From Owenia fusiformis (Eukaryota): 64,000 nucleotides of DNA. Where the stretch lies: the NCBI GenBank assembly GCA_903813345.2, contig CAIIXF020000001.1, positions 30,132,001 through 30,196,000 of the forward strand. The letters are read 5' to 3'. Below are positions 1 through 15,000 of this stretch, piece by piece (position 1 is the stretch's first letter; each line of letters begins with the position of its first letter). A program made the translations under genes and the position numbers. Under the pieces are notes generated by a model, which saw nothing but the letters and a program-made list of their open reading frames with translations, was not told where the DNA came from and did no database searches.

Positions 1-81
1 TCAAAGGTTCAAAGAAGTAGTAATATCAAGAATGAATGTATAAGCTCACTACAATGTAATATATATGTTTATTACTTCCAG

Positions 82-3000
82 GATGGTATTGAACATATAG
101 CAACCAATAAAATCAAAAGGGATAGTGCTGGACAATGGTCGATGTTGAATGACAAGAATGGAGAATGGACAAAAATTGATCCTAGAAAAGCACGAGAGTA
201 TGAGGTACTTGCTCTGGTTGTTTATAGCAGTGATGATATTGCTGAATATGTGCAATTGTTCAAATTAACTTTGAGTTTTATTTTCCTTCACAGGTTGAAA
301 TTCCAGTTGTGGAGTATGGTGAAGATCTAGTTGGTGAAAAGAAAGATGAATTGAATCAGTTACGAAACATCGAAGGACAATGGCAAACTTTGAACAGTAA
401 AACAGGAGAATGGTGCAATGTCGGCCCTGTTTTAGCCAAACAACTGGACAAGGCATCTCTAGCTTTCAATGAAGATCCTGGTGAACTAAGAAAAATTGAT
501 GGGCAATGGCAAAAACAAGATAGTAAAACTGGAGAATGGTCCAATGTGAGCCCTGCTTTAGCCAAACAACTAGATGTGGCAGCCTTATCTGTTAATGAAG
601 ATCCTGGTCAACTAAGGAAGATTGATGGACAATGGCAGAAACAAGACAGTAAAACTGGAGAATGGTCCAATGTGAACCCTGCTTTAGCCAAACAACTAGA
701 TGTGGCAGCCTTATCTGTCAATGAAGATCCTGGTCAACTCAGAAAGATTGATGGACAGTGGCAGAAGCAAGACAGCAAAACTGGAGAATGGTCTAATGTG
801 AAACCTACTTTAGCTCACAAACTAGATGTGGCAGCCTTATCTGTCAATGAAGATCCTGGTAAACTCAGAAGGGTTGATGGACAATGGCAGAAACAAGACA
901 GTAAAACTGGAGAATGGTCCAATGTGAGCCCTGCTTTAGCTCACCAACTAGAAGCGGCAGCCTTATCTGTCAATGAAGATCCTGGTCAACTAAGGAAGGT
1001 TGATGGACAATGGCAGAAACAAGACAGCAAAACTGGAGGATGGTCCAGTGTAAGCCCTGCTTTAGCCAAACAACTAGATGTGGCAGCCTTATCTGTTAAT
1101 GAAGATCCTGGTCAACTAAGGAAGATTGATGGACAATGGCAGAAACAAGACAGCAAAACTGGAGAATGGTCTAATGTGAACCCTACTTTAGCTCACCAAC
1201 TAGATGTGGTAGCCTTATCTGTCAATGAAGATCCTGGTAAACTCAGAAGGGTTGATGGACAATGGCAGAAACAAGACAGCAAAACTGGAGAATGGTCCAA
1301 TGTTAACCCTGCTTTAGCTCACCAACTAGAAGCGGCAGCCTTATCTGTCAATGAGGATCATGGTCAACTAAGGAAGGTTGATGGACAATGGCAGAAACAA
1401 GACAGCAAAACTGGAGAATGGTCCAATGTGAACCCTGCTTTAGCTCACCAACTAGATATGGCAGCCTTATCTGTCAATGAAGATCCTGGTGATCTCAGAA
1501 AGATTGATGGACAATGGCAGAAACAAGACAGCAAAACTGGAGAATGGTCCAATGTGAACCCTGCTTTAGCTCACCAACTAGATGCGGCAGCCTTATCTGT
1601 CAATGAAGATCCTGGTGATCTCAGAAAGGTTGATGGACAATGGCAGAAACAAGACAGTAAAACTGGAGAATGGTCCGATGTGAACCCTGCTTTAGCTCAC
1701 CAACTAGATGTGACAGCCTTATCTGTCAATGAAGATCCTGGTCAACTAAGGAAGGTTGATGGACAGTGGCAGAAGCAAGACAGTAAAACTGGAGAATGGT
1801 CCGATGTGAACCCTGCTTTAGCCAAACAACTAGATGTGGCAGCCTTATCTGTCAATGAAGATCCTGGTCAACTCAGAAAGATTGATGGACAGTGGCAGAA
1901 ACAAGACAGTAAAACTGGAGAATGGTCCAATGTGAACCCTGCTTTAGCTCACCAACTAGATGCGGCAGCCTTATCTGTCAATGAAGATCCTGGTCATCTC
2001 AGAAAGATTGATGGACAATGGCAGAAACAAAACAGCAAAACTGGAGAATGGTCTAATGTGAACCCTGCTTTAGCTTACCAACTAGATGTGGCAGCCTTAT
2101 CTGTCAATGAGGATCCTGGTCAACTAAGGAAGGTTGATGGACAATGGCAGAAACAAGACAGTAAAACTGGAGAATGGTCTAATGTGAACCCTGCTTTAGC
2201 TCACCAACTAGATGCGGCAGCCTTATCTGTCAATGAAGATCCTGGTCAACTAAGGAAGGTCGATGGACAATGGCAGAAACAAGACAGTAAAACTGGAGAA
2301 TGGTCTAATGTGAACCCTGCTTTAGCTCACCAACTAGATGCGGCAGCCTTATCTGTCAATGAAGATCCTGGTCAACTAAGGAAGGTCGATGGACAATGGC
2401 AGAAACAAGACAGTAAAACTGGAGAATGGTCTAATGTGAACCCTGCTTTATGCAAACAACTTGATGTGGCAGCCTTATCTGTCAATGAGGATCCTGGTCA
2501 ACTAAGGAAGGTCGATGGACAATGGCAGAAACAAGACAGTAAAACTGGAGAATGGTGTAATGTGAACCCTGCTTTATGCAAACAACTTGATGTGGCAGCC
2601 TTATCTGTCAATGAGGATCCTGGTCAACTAAGGAAGGTCGATGGACAATGGCAGGAACAAGACAGTAAAACTGGAGAATGGTCTAATGTGAACCCTGCTT
2701 TATGCAAACAACTTGATGTGGCAGCCTTATCTGGCAATGAGGATCCTGGTCAACTAAAAAAGATTGATGGGCAGTGGCAGAAACAAGACAGTAAAACTGG
2801 AGAATGGTCCAATGTGAACCCTGCTTTAGCTCACAAACTAGATGTGGCAGCCTTATCTGTCAATGAAGATCCTGGTCAACTAAGGAAGGTTGATGGACAG
2901 TGGCAGAAACAAGACAGTAAAACTGGAGAATGGTCCAATGTGAGCCCTGCTTTAGCCAAACAACTAGATGTGGCAGCCTTATCTGTTAATGAAGATCCTG

Positions 3001-6000
3001 GTCAACTAAGGAAGATTGATGGACAATGGCAGAAACAAGACAGTAAAACTGGAGAATGGTCCGATGTGAACCCTGCTTTAGCACATCAACTAGATGTGGC
3101 AGCCTTATCAGTCAATGAAGATCCTGGTCAACTAAGGAAGGTTGATGGACAATGGCAGAAACAAGACAGTAAAACTGGAGAATGGTCTAACGTGAACCCT
3201 GCTTTAGCTCACCAACTAGATGTGGCAGCCTTATCTGTTAATGAAGACCCAGGTCAACTAAGAAAGATTGATGGACAATGGCAGAAGCAAGACAGTAAAA
3301 CTGGGGAATGGTCCAATGTTAACCCTGCTTTAGCTCACCAACTAGATGCGACAGCCTTATCTGTCAATGAAGATCCTGGTCAACTAAGGAAGATTGATGG
3401 ACAGTGGCAGAAGCAAGACAGCAAAACTGGAGAATGGTCCAATGTTAACCCTGCTTTAGCTCACCAACTAGATGCGGCAGCCTTATCTGTCAATGAAGAT
3501 CCTGGTCAACTAAGAAAGGTTGATGGACAATGGCAGAAACAAGACAGCAAAACTGGAGAATGGTCCAATGTGAACCCTGCTTTAGCCAAACAACTAGATG
3601 TGGCAGCCTTATCTGTCAATGAAGATCCTGGTCAACTAAGGAAGGTTGATGGACAATGGCAGAAACAAGACAGTAAAACTGGAGAATGGTCTAACGTGAA
3701 CCCTGCTTTAGCTCACCAACTAGATGTGGCAGCCTTATCTGTTACTGAAGATCCTGGTCAACTTAGAAAGATTGATGGACAGTGGCAGAAACAAAACAGC
3801 AAAACTGGAGAATGGTCTAATGTGAACCCTGCTTTAGCTCACCAACTAGATGTGGCAGCCTTATCTGTCAATGAGGATCCTGGTCAACTAAGGAAGATTG
3901 ATGGACAATGGCAGAAACAAGACAGCAAAACTGGAGAATGGTCTAATGTGAACCCTGCTTTAGCCAAACAACTAGATGTGGCAGCCTTATCTGTCAATGA
4001 AGATCCTGGTCAACTAAGGAAGGTTGATGGACAATGGCAGAAACAAGACAGTAAAACTGGGGAATGGTCCAATGTGAACCCTGCTTTAGCTCACCAATTA
4101 GATGTGGCAGCCTTATCTGTTACTGAAGATCCTGGTCAACTAAGGAAGATTGATGGACAGTGGCAGAAGCAAGACAGTAAAACTGGAGAATGGTCCAATG
4201 TGAGCCCTGATTTAGCCAAACAACTAGATGCTACAGCCTTATCAGTCAATGAAGATCCTGGTCATCTCAGAAAGATTGATGGACAATGGCAGAAACAAAA
4301 CAGCAAAACTGGAGAATGGTCTAATGTGAACCCTGCTTTAGCTCACCAACTAGATGTGGCAGCCTTATCTGTCAATGAGGATCCTGGTCAACTAAGGAAG
4401 GTTGATGAACAATGGCAGAAACAAGACAGCAAAACTGGAGAATGGTCCAATGTTAACCCTGCTTTAGCTCACCAACTAGATGCGACAGCCTTATCTGTCA
4501 ATGAAGATCCTGGTCAACTAAGGAAGGTTGATGAACAATGGCAGAAACAAGACAGTAAAACTGGAGAATGGTCCAATGTGAACCCTGCTTTAGCTCACCA
4601 ACTAGATGTGGCAGCCTTATCTGTCAATGAGGATCTTGGTCAACTAAGGAAGATTGATGGACAGTGGCAGAAGCAAGAAAGTAAAACTGGAGAATGGTCC
4701 AATGTTAACCCTGCTTTAGCACATCAACTAGATGTGGCAGCCTTATCTGTCAATGAAGATCCTGGTCAACTCAGAAAGATTGATGGACAGTGGCAGAAGC
4801 AAGACAGTAAAACTGGAGAATGGTCTAATGTGAACCCTGCTCTAGCTCACCAACTAGATGTGACAGCCTTATCTGTCAATGAGGTTCCTGGTCAACTAAG
4901 GAAGATTGATGGACAGTGGCAGAAGCAAGAAAGTAAAACTGGAGAATGGTCTAATGTGAACCCTGCTCTAGCTCACCAACTAGATGTGGCAGCCTTATCT
5001 GTCAATGAGGATCCTGGTCAACTAAGGAAGGTTGATGGACAATGGCAGAAACAAGACAGCAAAACTGAAGAATGGTCTAATGTTAACCCTGCTCTAGCTC
5101 ACCAACTAGATGTGGCAGCCTTATCTGTCAATGAGGATCCTGGTCAACTAAGGAAGGTTGATGGACAATGGCAGAAACAAGACAGCAAAACTGGAGAATG
5201 GTCTAATGTGAACCCTGCTCTAGCTCACCAACTAGATGTGGCAGCCTTATCTGTCAATGAGGATCCTGGTCAACTAAGGAAGGTTGATGGACAATGGCAG
5301 AAACAAGACAGCAAAACTGGAGAATGGTCTAATGTTAACCCTGCTTTAGCTCACCAACTAGATGTGGCAGCCTTATCTGTTACTGGAGATCCTGGTCAAC
5401 TAAAAAAGATTGATGGGCAGTGGCAGAAACAAGACAGTAAAACTGGAGAATGGTCCAATGTTAACCCTGCTTTAGCCAAACAACTAGATGTGGCAGCCTT
5501 ATCTGTCAATGAAGATCCTGGTCAACTAAGGAAGGTTGATGGACAATGGCAGAAACAAGACAGTAAAACTGGAGAATGGTCCAATGTGAACCCTGCTTTA
5601 GCTCACCAACTAGATGCTACAGCTTTATCTGTCAATGAGGTTCCTGGTCAACTAAGGAAGGTTGATGGACAGTGGCAGAAACCAAACAGTAAAACTGGAG
5701 AATGGTCTAATGTGAACCCTGCTTTAGCTCACCAACTAGATGCTACAGCCTTATCTGTCAATGAGGTTCCTGGTCAACTAAGGAAGGTTGATGGACAATG
5801 GCAGAAACAAGACAGCAAAACTGGAGAATGGTCCAATGTTAACCCTGCTTTAGCTCACCAATTAGATGCAGCAGCCTTATCTGTCAATGAAGATCCTGGT
5901 CAACTAAAAAAGATTGATGGACAATGGCAGAAACAAGACAGTAAAACTGGAGAATGGTCTAATGTTAACCCTGCTTTAGCACATCAACTAGATGTGACAG

Positions 6001-9000
6001 CCTTATCTGTCAATGAAGATCCTGGTCAACTAAGGAAGATTGATGGACAGTGGCAGAAACAAGACAGTAAAACTGGAGAATGGTCCAATGTGAACCCTGC
6101 TTTAGCAAATCAACTAGATGCGACAGCCTTATCTGTCAATGAAGATCCTGGTCAACTAAGGAAGATTGATGGACAGTGGCAGAAGCAAGACAGTAAAACT
6201 GGGGAATGGTCTAATGTAAACCCTGGTTTAGCCAAACAACTAGATGCTACAGCCTTATCTGTCAATGAAGATCCTGGTCAACTCAGAAAGGTTGATGGGC
6301 ACTGGCAGAAACAAGACAGCAAAACTGGAGAATGGTCCAATGTTAGCCCTGCTTTAGCCAAACAACTAGATGCTACAGCCTTATCAGTCAATGAGGATCC
6401 TGGTCAACTAAAGAAGGTTGATGGACAATGGCAGAAACAAGACAGTAAAACTGGAGAATGGTCCAATGTTAACCCTGCTTTAGCTCACCAACTAGATGCT
6501 ACAGCCTTATCTGTCAATGAGGATCCTGGTCAACTTAGAAAGGTTGATGGACAATGGCAGAAACAAGACAGTAAAACTGGAGAATGGTCCAATGTTAACC
6601 CTGCTTTAGCACATCAACTAGATGTGACAGCCTTATCTGTCAATGAAGATCCTGGTCAACTAAGGAAGATTGATGGACAATGGCAGAAACAAGACAGTAA
6701 AACTGGAGAATGGTCCAATGTGAACCCTGCTTTAGCCAAACAACTAGATGCTACAGCCTTATCTGTCAATGAGGATCATGGTCATCTTAGAAAGGTTGAT
6801 GGGCACTGGCAGAAACAAGACAGCAAAACTGGAGAATGGTCCAATGTTAACCCTGCTTTAGCTCACCAACTAGAAGCGGCAGCCTTATCTGTCAATGAGG
6901 ATCCTGGTCAACTAAGGAAGGTTGATGGACAATGGCAGAAACAAGACAGTAAAACTGGAGAATGGTCCAATGTGAACCCTGCTTTAGCCAAACAACTAGA
7001 TGCTACAGCCTTATCTGTCAATGAAGATCCTGGTCAACTCAGAAAGGTTGATGGGCACTGGCAGAAACAAGACAGCAAAACTGGAGAATGGTCCAATGTT
7101 AACCCTGCTTTAGCTCACCAACTAGATGTGACAGCCTTATCTGTCAATGAAGATCCTGGTCAACTAAGGAAGGTTGATGGACAGTGGCAGAAGCAAGACA
7201 GTAAAACTGGAGAATGGTCCGATGTGAACCCTGCTTTAGCTCACCAACTAGATGCTACAGCCTTATCTGTCAATGAGGATCCTGGTCAACTTAGAAAGGT
7301 TGATGGACAATGGCAGAAACAAGACAGTAAAACTGGAGAATGGTCCAATGTGAGCCCTGCTTTAGCTCACCAACTAGAAGCGGCAGCCTTATCTGTCAAT
7401 GAAGATCCTGGTCAACTAAGGAAGGTTGATGGACAATTGCAGAAACAAGACAGTAAAACTGGAGAATGGTCCAATGTTAACCCTGCTTTAGCTCACCAAC
7501 TAGATGCAGCAGCCTTATCTGTCAATGAGGATCCTGGTCAACTAAGGAAGGTTGATGGACAATGGCAAAAACAAGACAGTAAAACTGGAGAATGGTCTAA
7601 CGTGAACCCTGCTTTAGCCAAACAACTAGATGCTACAGCCTTATCTGTCAATGAGGATCCTGGTCAACTAAGGAAGGTTGATGGACAATGGCAAAAACAA
7701 GACAGTAAAACTGGAGGATGGTCCAATGTAGGCCCTGCTTTATCCAAAGAACTTGATGCTGCAGCCTTAGCTGTCAATGAAGACCCCAGTCATCTTAGAA
7801 AGGTTGACGGACAATGGCAAAAACAAGGCAGTAAAACTGGAGGATGGTCCAATGTAGGCCCTGCTTTATCCAAAGAACTTGATGCTGCAGCCTTAGCTGT
7901 CAATGAAGACCCCAGTCATCTTAGAAAGGTTGATGGACAATGGCAAAAACAAGGCAGTAAAACTGGAGGATGGTCCAATGTAGGCCCTGCTTTATCCAAA
8001 GAACTTGATGCTGCAGCCTTAGCTGTCAATGAAGACCCCAGTCATCTTAGAAAGGTTGATGGACAATGGCAAAAACAAGACAGTAAAACTGGAGGATGGT
8101 CCAATGTAGGCCCTGCTTTATCCAAAGAACTTGATGCTGCAGCCTTAGCTGTCAATGAAGACCCCAGTCATCTTAGAAAGGTTGATGGACAATGGCAAAA
8201 ACAAGGCAGTAAAACTGGAGGATGGTCCAATGTAGGCCCTGCTTTATCCAAAGAACTTGATGCTGCAGCCTTAGCTGTCAATGAAGACCCCAGTCATCTT
8301 AGAAAGGTTGATGGACAATGGCAAAAACAAGACAGTAAAACTGGAGGATGGTCCAATGTAGGCCCTGCTTTATCCAAAGAACTTGATGCTGCAGCCTTAG
8401 CTGTCAATGAAGACCCCAGTCATCTTAGAAAGGTTGATGGACAATGGCAAAAACAAGACAGTAAAACTGGAGAATGGTCAAATATTGACAAGAATTTTGA
8501 AAAACAACTTAATAAAATTGTATCCTCAACAAATAAACCCAAGAAGAAGAAAAATAGAAAAGAAACCAATCCTAATGGAAACCGTGAGAAATCTGCCAAA
8601 GCCAAACAGGTTAGTATGTTGTTTCAGTCATTTGAAAATCATTTGGAGGAACGTGTAGGGGTAAAGGGTAAACATGATATATCCCTATCTAGGTTTTGAT
8701 ATGCCCAAAGGTGTTAATTGTAATGAAAACAATAGTTTTTCAGTGCGAAGTATTTTGAACCTGTTTTGTGAATAATTTTTCTTCAGTTATTTGATAAATT
8801 TAAGGGCATCATTTTTATTTTTGGGCAAATTATTCAGAATTGGTATAATAAAATCTCGTTGGAACTCTAGAATTTTTGTCATTTTGAATGTTGTCTTTAA
8901 TAAAAGTATATCCTGAAGTTGGCTAAAATAGACAATTTCTCACACTTTAGTTCATACTTTTTAATCCGAAAATAATATGATATAGGAGTTTTTTCAAAAT

Positions 9001-12000
9001 CTGAATTTTGACATTTGCCTCCATTATAGAATGAAATGTTGGTAACTGAACTCGAGGAAAGAATGAGACTGGAAGATGGAGAATGGAAAAAGATAGATCC
9101 AGTGACCAAAGAGACTTTGCCATTGTCTCCAAAGGAGTTGCAACTATTACAAACAGTAAGTGACAAGAAAAAATAAATAAATATCATTTGATCTGAAAAT
9201 CACTTAAACTTTCTTAAATTATTCATGCATATAGTATGCATATAGTTTTGGTCTCCAAAAAGAAATGTAGAGGAATATTTAGCATTACCATTATTTGATT
9301 TCTATTATAACAATATTATATTAATTCCCATTAGGATGGTATTGTTGCTATGGAGACTAATACATTAAAGGAGATAGATGGTGAATGGCATCAGTGGAAT
9401 AATGAGGCCGGAGGATGGGACCCCGTAGCCGATGATTCAATAGATGCACAGTTAGCAGAGGGGGTAGAAGTCTATCAGCCCACTAAGTTGAAGAAGGTTC
9501 ATGGGAAATGGAAAGAGTGGAATCCTCATAATAATAAATGGCAAGCAGTATCCGATGAAAGGGCAAAGCAAATAGAGGTACAGTTTCACATTTTGCATTA
9601 CCTGTAAATATGGTTACATGGATGTATTACTCAAAGTGTGTATTGGACTTAAACATTTTCAGTTTACTGTATGAAGGTATCATAAATGTGACAGTTAGGC
9701 CTTATTAGAATTATATTTGTCATTGAATATTCAAAAGTACATAACCAATGCAAATGGTTTGTTTTACTTGACAGTCTGGTGATGGACCAGATGCCACAGT
9801 GAAGGTACGTAGAGTGGCTGGAGTGTGGCAACAACAAGACAAAGACACAAAACAGTGGAAAGATATGTCACTCGACAATGTTGGAACACTTGAAGAGGTA
9901 TGTAGTCTTTGTAATAACACTTTGTTCTCTCAATATTGCTTCCAGCTCAAAAGAAGTTACAATGGGGGAGAGATTTTATGACTTCAATCTGTTTTTTGGG
10001 TAATGGTTTCCAAGGTTCCAAGATGTTCATAGAGAAGGTGACTTAAAATTAGTCTGGTGCTATGAACTAATGGAATACACTTAAAAATAGTATATGATTT
10101 GCTATTTATTGCCAGGAGGGAATTAAGGTTTGTGAGACAAAGAAAGTGAGAGTGAATAATGGTCAACTTGAGAGCCAAACACATGGGGGTAGTTGGCAAC
10201 CTGTGTCTGACCCCCAGGTAGGATTCACCACCCCTATCACTAAGAAGCTGAAGAAGGTTGATGGCAAATGGCAAGAAAAAACTGGAGACCATTGGTCAGC
10301 TTGGGTTGAGCCCCCTGATAACCAGGAGACATCTAAGAGAGAGGTGGGTCACAGAATATTTAAACTTGGTAGAAACCCGGGGTGAAAATATAAGAAATGA
10401 GACATTATTACCTCATTTTACAACACCAAACAGAAATGAGTTTCAAAATATTTGAAGTTTTGAGAAGAGATAATAGTAATACTGATGTATGACCATTATG
10501 TTATAACAATGAATTTTTATCCCATGAGTTTTTTTTACTCAATTAAGGGTGATCCTGAAAGGAAGAGAGCTCGTCAACTGCGGGAAGTGGATGGGCAGCT
10601 ATTAAAATATGATGGGGCAAACAATACAGTTGTAGATGTAGGACCTGCTGGCCTAGAGGTAAGATCAGATATATGTATTTTTATATAAATTACTGCATTG
10701 GTGTTTGGAATTTTTTTATGTACAATTCATATGAGAGTGATAGAAAGTTGAATACTAAAGGGCATCATTCATCTCCACATATAGACTTTCTCGTGTATAG
10801 ATTTTTACGCCATAATGATACAGTAGAAAGTATGTATGACTGTATGTCAATATGTTACTCTGTAGGAGGAAGACATTGTTACCAGTGAAGCAGGAAAGGT
10901 GCGCAATAAGAATGGACAATGGCAACGTTTTAACTCTCACACTGGAGACTGGGTAGATTGCAACGAAAATGATGCTAAGAAATTAGACAAGGTAAGGATG
11001 GTTGTTTAAACTTAGATGAGTAACTTAGATGTCATATAAGCAAGAAATCAGCTTATCATTGGCCTCTCTGACTGCTGTTTTCAAAATGACCTGGTGTTGA
11101 AAGTATTTTACTGCCCTGAATGCCAGTTGACTAAGACACTCTACTCATATAAAACTATGACAGATGAATTTACAGTTTTGAGCCTGATGGTAAGATTTCA
11201 GGTGAGTTCATAGAAGTTTGAAATGAGTGCTTGCTACCTTTATGTTTAAAATGCTGTCCTGATTTTCTTTCTTCACCTTCTGATTAGATATTCCGTAGGC
11301 AACATGGAGATCGAAGAATTTTCTCTCAAATTTAAAGTGTAGATTGAGTGAAGCTCATATAAAGGATAGGATGCCACTTCATGTACTTTTATGTTATTCT
11401 AGGATGGATTAATGTCTCAAGAACAGAAGAAAGTGAAATTGTTGAACAACCATTGGCATGAATGGAATGAATCTAAAGGAAAATGGGAACCATTGAGCAC
11501 AGACAAGGCTAGGAAACTCAATGAGGTATGAGATGAAGGTATTCAGTAATGAAACTCATTAGAAATTAGCATTTTTTTGCCCTTGTTATTATAATTTACT
11601 CCAATTCTTAAAACATAGTTATATAAACATTTAAAAAAAAAAATATATATTTATGAAATATTTTTGCTTGTATATTTTCACCAGGAGGGTATCCATGTTT
11701 TACGACCTAAGAGAATGAGGAAAGTGAATGGGAAGTTGCAAGTTTGGAATAAGAAAACCAACAAGTGGAAACAAGTGTCAAAAGAGGCAGCCAACAAATA
11801 TAAGGTCAGGATTAATAATTCACTTGTATTTACCCATGGGTAGGCAATGGAACCCAAGCCCTAGTGACTAAATTTACCTTCAGTCTCCTCCATGGCTAAC
11901 CAGTTAAAACGACTGCCTTAGATTCGTACAGTATCAGTAGTTGCTTGTGGTATTGTGATTTATATACTATCTTTTATAATATTAAATCCTAGTTTGACAA

Positions 12001-15000
12001 ACTATGGTTGCACCAATTCAAAATATTAAATTTAATTTTGCAGGAGAAGCCTGCCTGTGTGAAGAAGATAGATGGTAAATGGTGTGAGAAGAATGAAGAG
12101 ACCGGACACTGGGAAGTGTTACCTGATAACGAACAAGAGAGTATAGACAAGGTTGGTATTAACCACATTATTAAGACCTCCACATTAGGTTGTTGTTGTA
12201 CTTTTCTTTTTATGAACAAACAAGTGGCATCTCCATATATGGGCAAAAAGGTGGAGTTTACAATAAGCAATGCAGGGATTGACACAATTGACACGAAGAA
12301 GTCTCGATGAATCTCGCTTAAACTCCGCCCCTTCTTTGCGAAAAATCATGTGAATTCCGGCTTTTGCTCGGTCATATCCGGGCGTCTCGGCTTCGAACCC
12401 AATCAGAAGTTTCAATTTTGAATGACATTGCATAAATTATCCCAAGTCTAGCCCAATATATTTATGTATACGTTAATTAGTTTGTATGTCTTCTACATGT
12501 ATAGTCTATCAAGTCTTATTTACAATGTAATTGCACATTTATAAAGAAGTGTAAAGCGTGAATGTAATCTACAGTAGTCTTAAGTATTTATATGTAATTT
12601 CCTATTTACTAGACAAATTGTAAAGCCTTGTCTGGAACTTGTGACCGGTTAAATGTTTTCACATAAACAACAAAAAAGATACTATAAACATGAGTTCACC
12701 TTGAGAGATGTACATTGTATACATATTTTTCTGTACATTTTGCAGTTTGGCTTAGTAGCTGTGGATAGCAAGAAGGTACGTCTATCTGGGGGCAAATGGC
12801 AGGAGTACAACAGCAAGCTTGACAAGTGGATCCCTGTGAAACCTGATCAGGCAAAGAAATTACAGGTTTGCAATATTGCTTTCCCTTACTCTCCCTATAC
12901 ATGTACATGCTGTACCAATCTTTCCTAGAGGCCTAGTTCAAGGAAACACTATACATTTAAACCTCAGTGATATGAATGAAGGCGATGTAGATTTGATAAA
13001 TATTAGAAGATTTATAAAGTATACAGTTGGACTTAAGATTTTTTGCAAACATAGCATTGAAGTTGATCTACTCCTTAATATACTATATATAATGTGTACT
13101 TCTAATTGGAATTTGTGTGGTTGGCTAAATAACATATGTATTTACACTAGGGAGGCATAGAGACTGTGGATCCAATAAAGATTCATCAACACGATGGTGT
13201 CTGGTACAAACAGGACAAAGAGAATCCTGATACTTGGACAGAGGTGGACAAACATGTAGCTAAACAACTCAGGGTAACTACAGTTTCACAGGGTTGCCAA
13301 TTGCGATACTTCTTATTTCTAAATTATTGTCATTCTCTTCTCTTGTTATGTCACCACCATAAGTAATGGCATATTGTTATAGTCGCCAACTTTTTATGAA
13401 TGGTGTTCACCAGTTGGTGTTTGGTGGTTGGGGTCTGTAACAAATGGCAAGTGGTGACATTTTGCATGTAAATCCCTTGTTTGATTTTATTATAGTTTTT
13501 GAATATGTAAAAATGTGCTGTTTTTATTATAATATTATAACTATGGCTTGCAGGAAGAGGGTTTGGGTGTAACAGATGGCTCAGATAAACTTCAGAGAGA
13601 AATGAATAAAGAGAGATCACGGAAGATATCTAGCAATGATATTCCATCTGGTAAAGACCGCCCATCTAGTAAGGATCGTCCATCTAGCAAGGATCGTCCA
13701 TCTAGCAAGGATCGTCCATCTAGCAAGGACCGCCCCATGAACAAAGAGCGCACAGGCATCAGGGATAAGCGTGGAGATGACGACATATATGTGGTCGAGG
13801 CTGGGAAGCTAAGGAAGAAAGATGGTAAATGGGAACGATGGAATGATGCCCAACAGAAGTGGAAGCCAGTAAGCCAGAGAGAAAGCAGCAAGCTTGAAGT
13901 AAATAACCTGTATTGATAATCTGTTCTGTATTCTATATCTCACTCTTGCTTGTTGTTCAAAGATTTATATCAGGATTTATTTATAATTTTAAACCTAATA
14001 CAGTACTTTGTCAGATGGAACGCATTCTATTTTCAGCAGTGAATGTGGTAATAGTTTGTTATGTCACCACCAAGAAGTGGTGAATGACACAAATGTACTT
14101 GTACTTATTTGCTTTGAAATAAGAAATAGTCTTTTTTTTATTCATGTATTATCGAGGATTTATGCTTTACAGAAGGATGGTCTTAAAGTTGAGGAAAGCA
14201 AGAGAGTGAAGCTGATAAATGGTCAATGGACAGAAAGAGATACAACCACAGGCCAGTGGAGACCAGTCAGTGAAGACTTAGCCAAGAAGCTCAATGTAAG
14301 AAACAAGAAAAAATATTGGAAAAACAATCTAAAGTTAATAAAAACTATGGGACCAGCAAAAATGTTTGTTCTGAAAGGTGTTCAAAGGGTTCTGATATCA
14401 TAAGAGTATTAGATGAGTTTTTTATTTTCACCAACAACCAACCAAACTAAATGAAAGTAATTTACTATTTTCCTCATGCAAAAGCTTAAAGTTTTGTATA
14501 TTTTGGTATTTCGATCCCTACTTTAGGTGAAAGTAAAGGTAAATGGCAGTAAGCGTGTGAAGAAGCTGAATGGAGTGTGGCATGAGCTAGATCCTAACAC
14601 TAACACATGGAACCCTGCCTCCCAACACCAAGCTAAGAAATATGATGTGAGTGAATACATTAAAGCAATCTTGAAATATGGAGAGTGATGGACATGAATT
14701 AAATCTTCCTTGTTTTATAGAATAAAGTTCAAATATTGCATTGTACATACTTAGTATTGTATTTATGTATATCTTTTATTTATAATATACTATGGTCCCA
14801 TTTCCCCATGCACTTGTAAAATTTGAAGCATTAACCGTGTCTTTTGGTGAAATGAACATTGGATTAAAGAGTGATTAGAATTCACATTATCATAGACTAT
14901 CATTGGGAATAATAGGTTATTTTTTCAATTGATTTGGTATCGCTTTTGTGTACAAATGATATCTTTCTTTCTTCAGGCTGGGGATATGCATGTAGTGAAG

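Noticed and set aside
468..8500. 126-bp, 60-bp or 33-bp arrays as CRISPR
   Set aside because: There are no unique spacers, the context is eukaryotic with introns, and no cas genes are present.
309..8699. ORF 309-8699 as a stand-alone single-exon gene
   Set aside because: It starts at GTG inside an exon with a clear acceptor at 293 and has a donor at 8610. Homologous module exons flank it on both sides.
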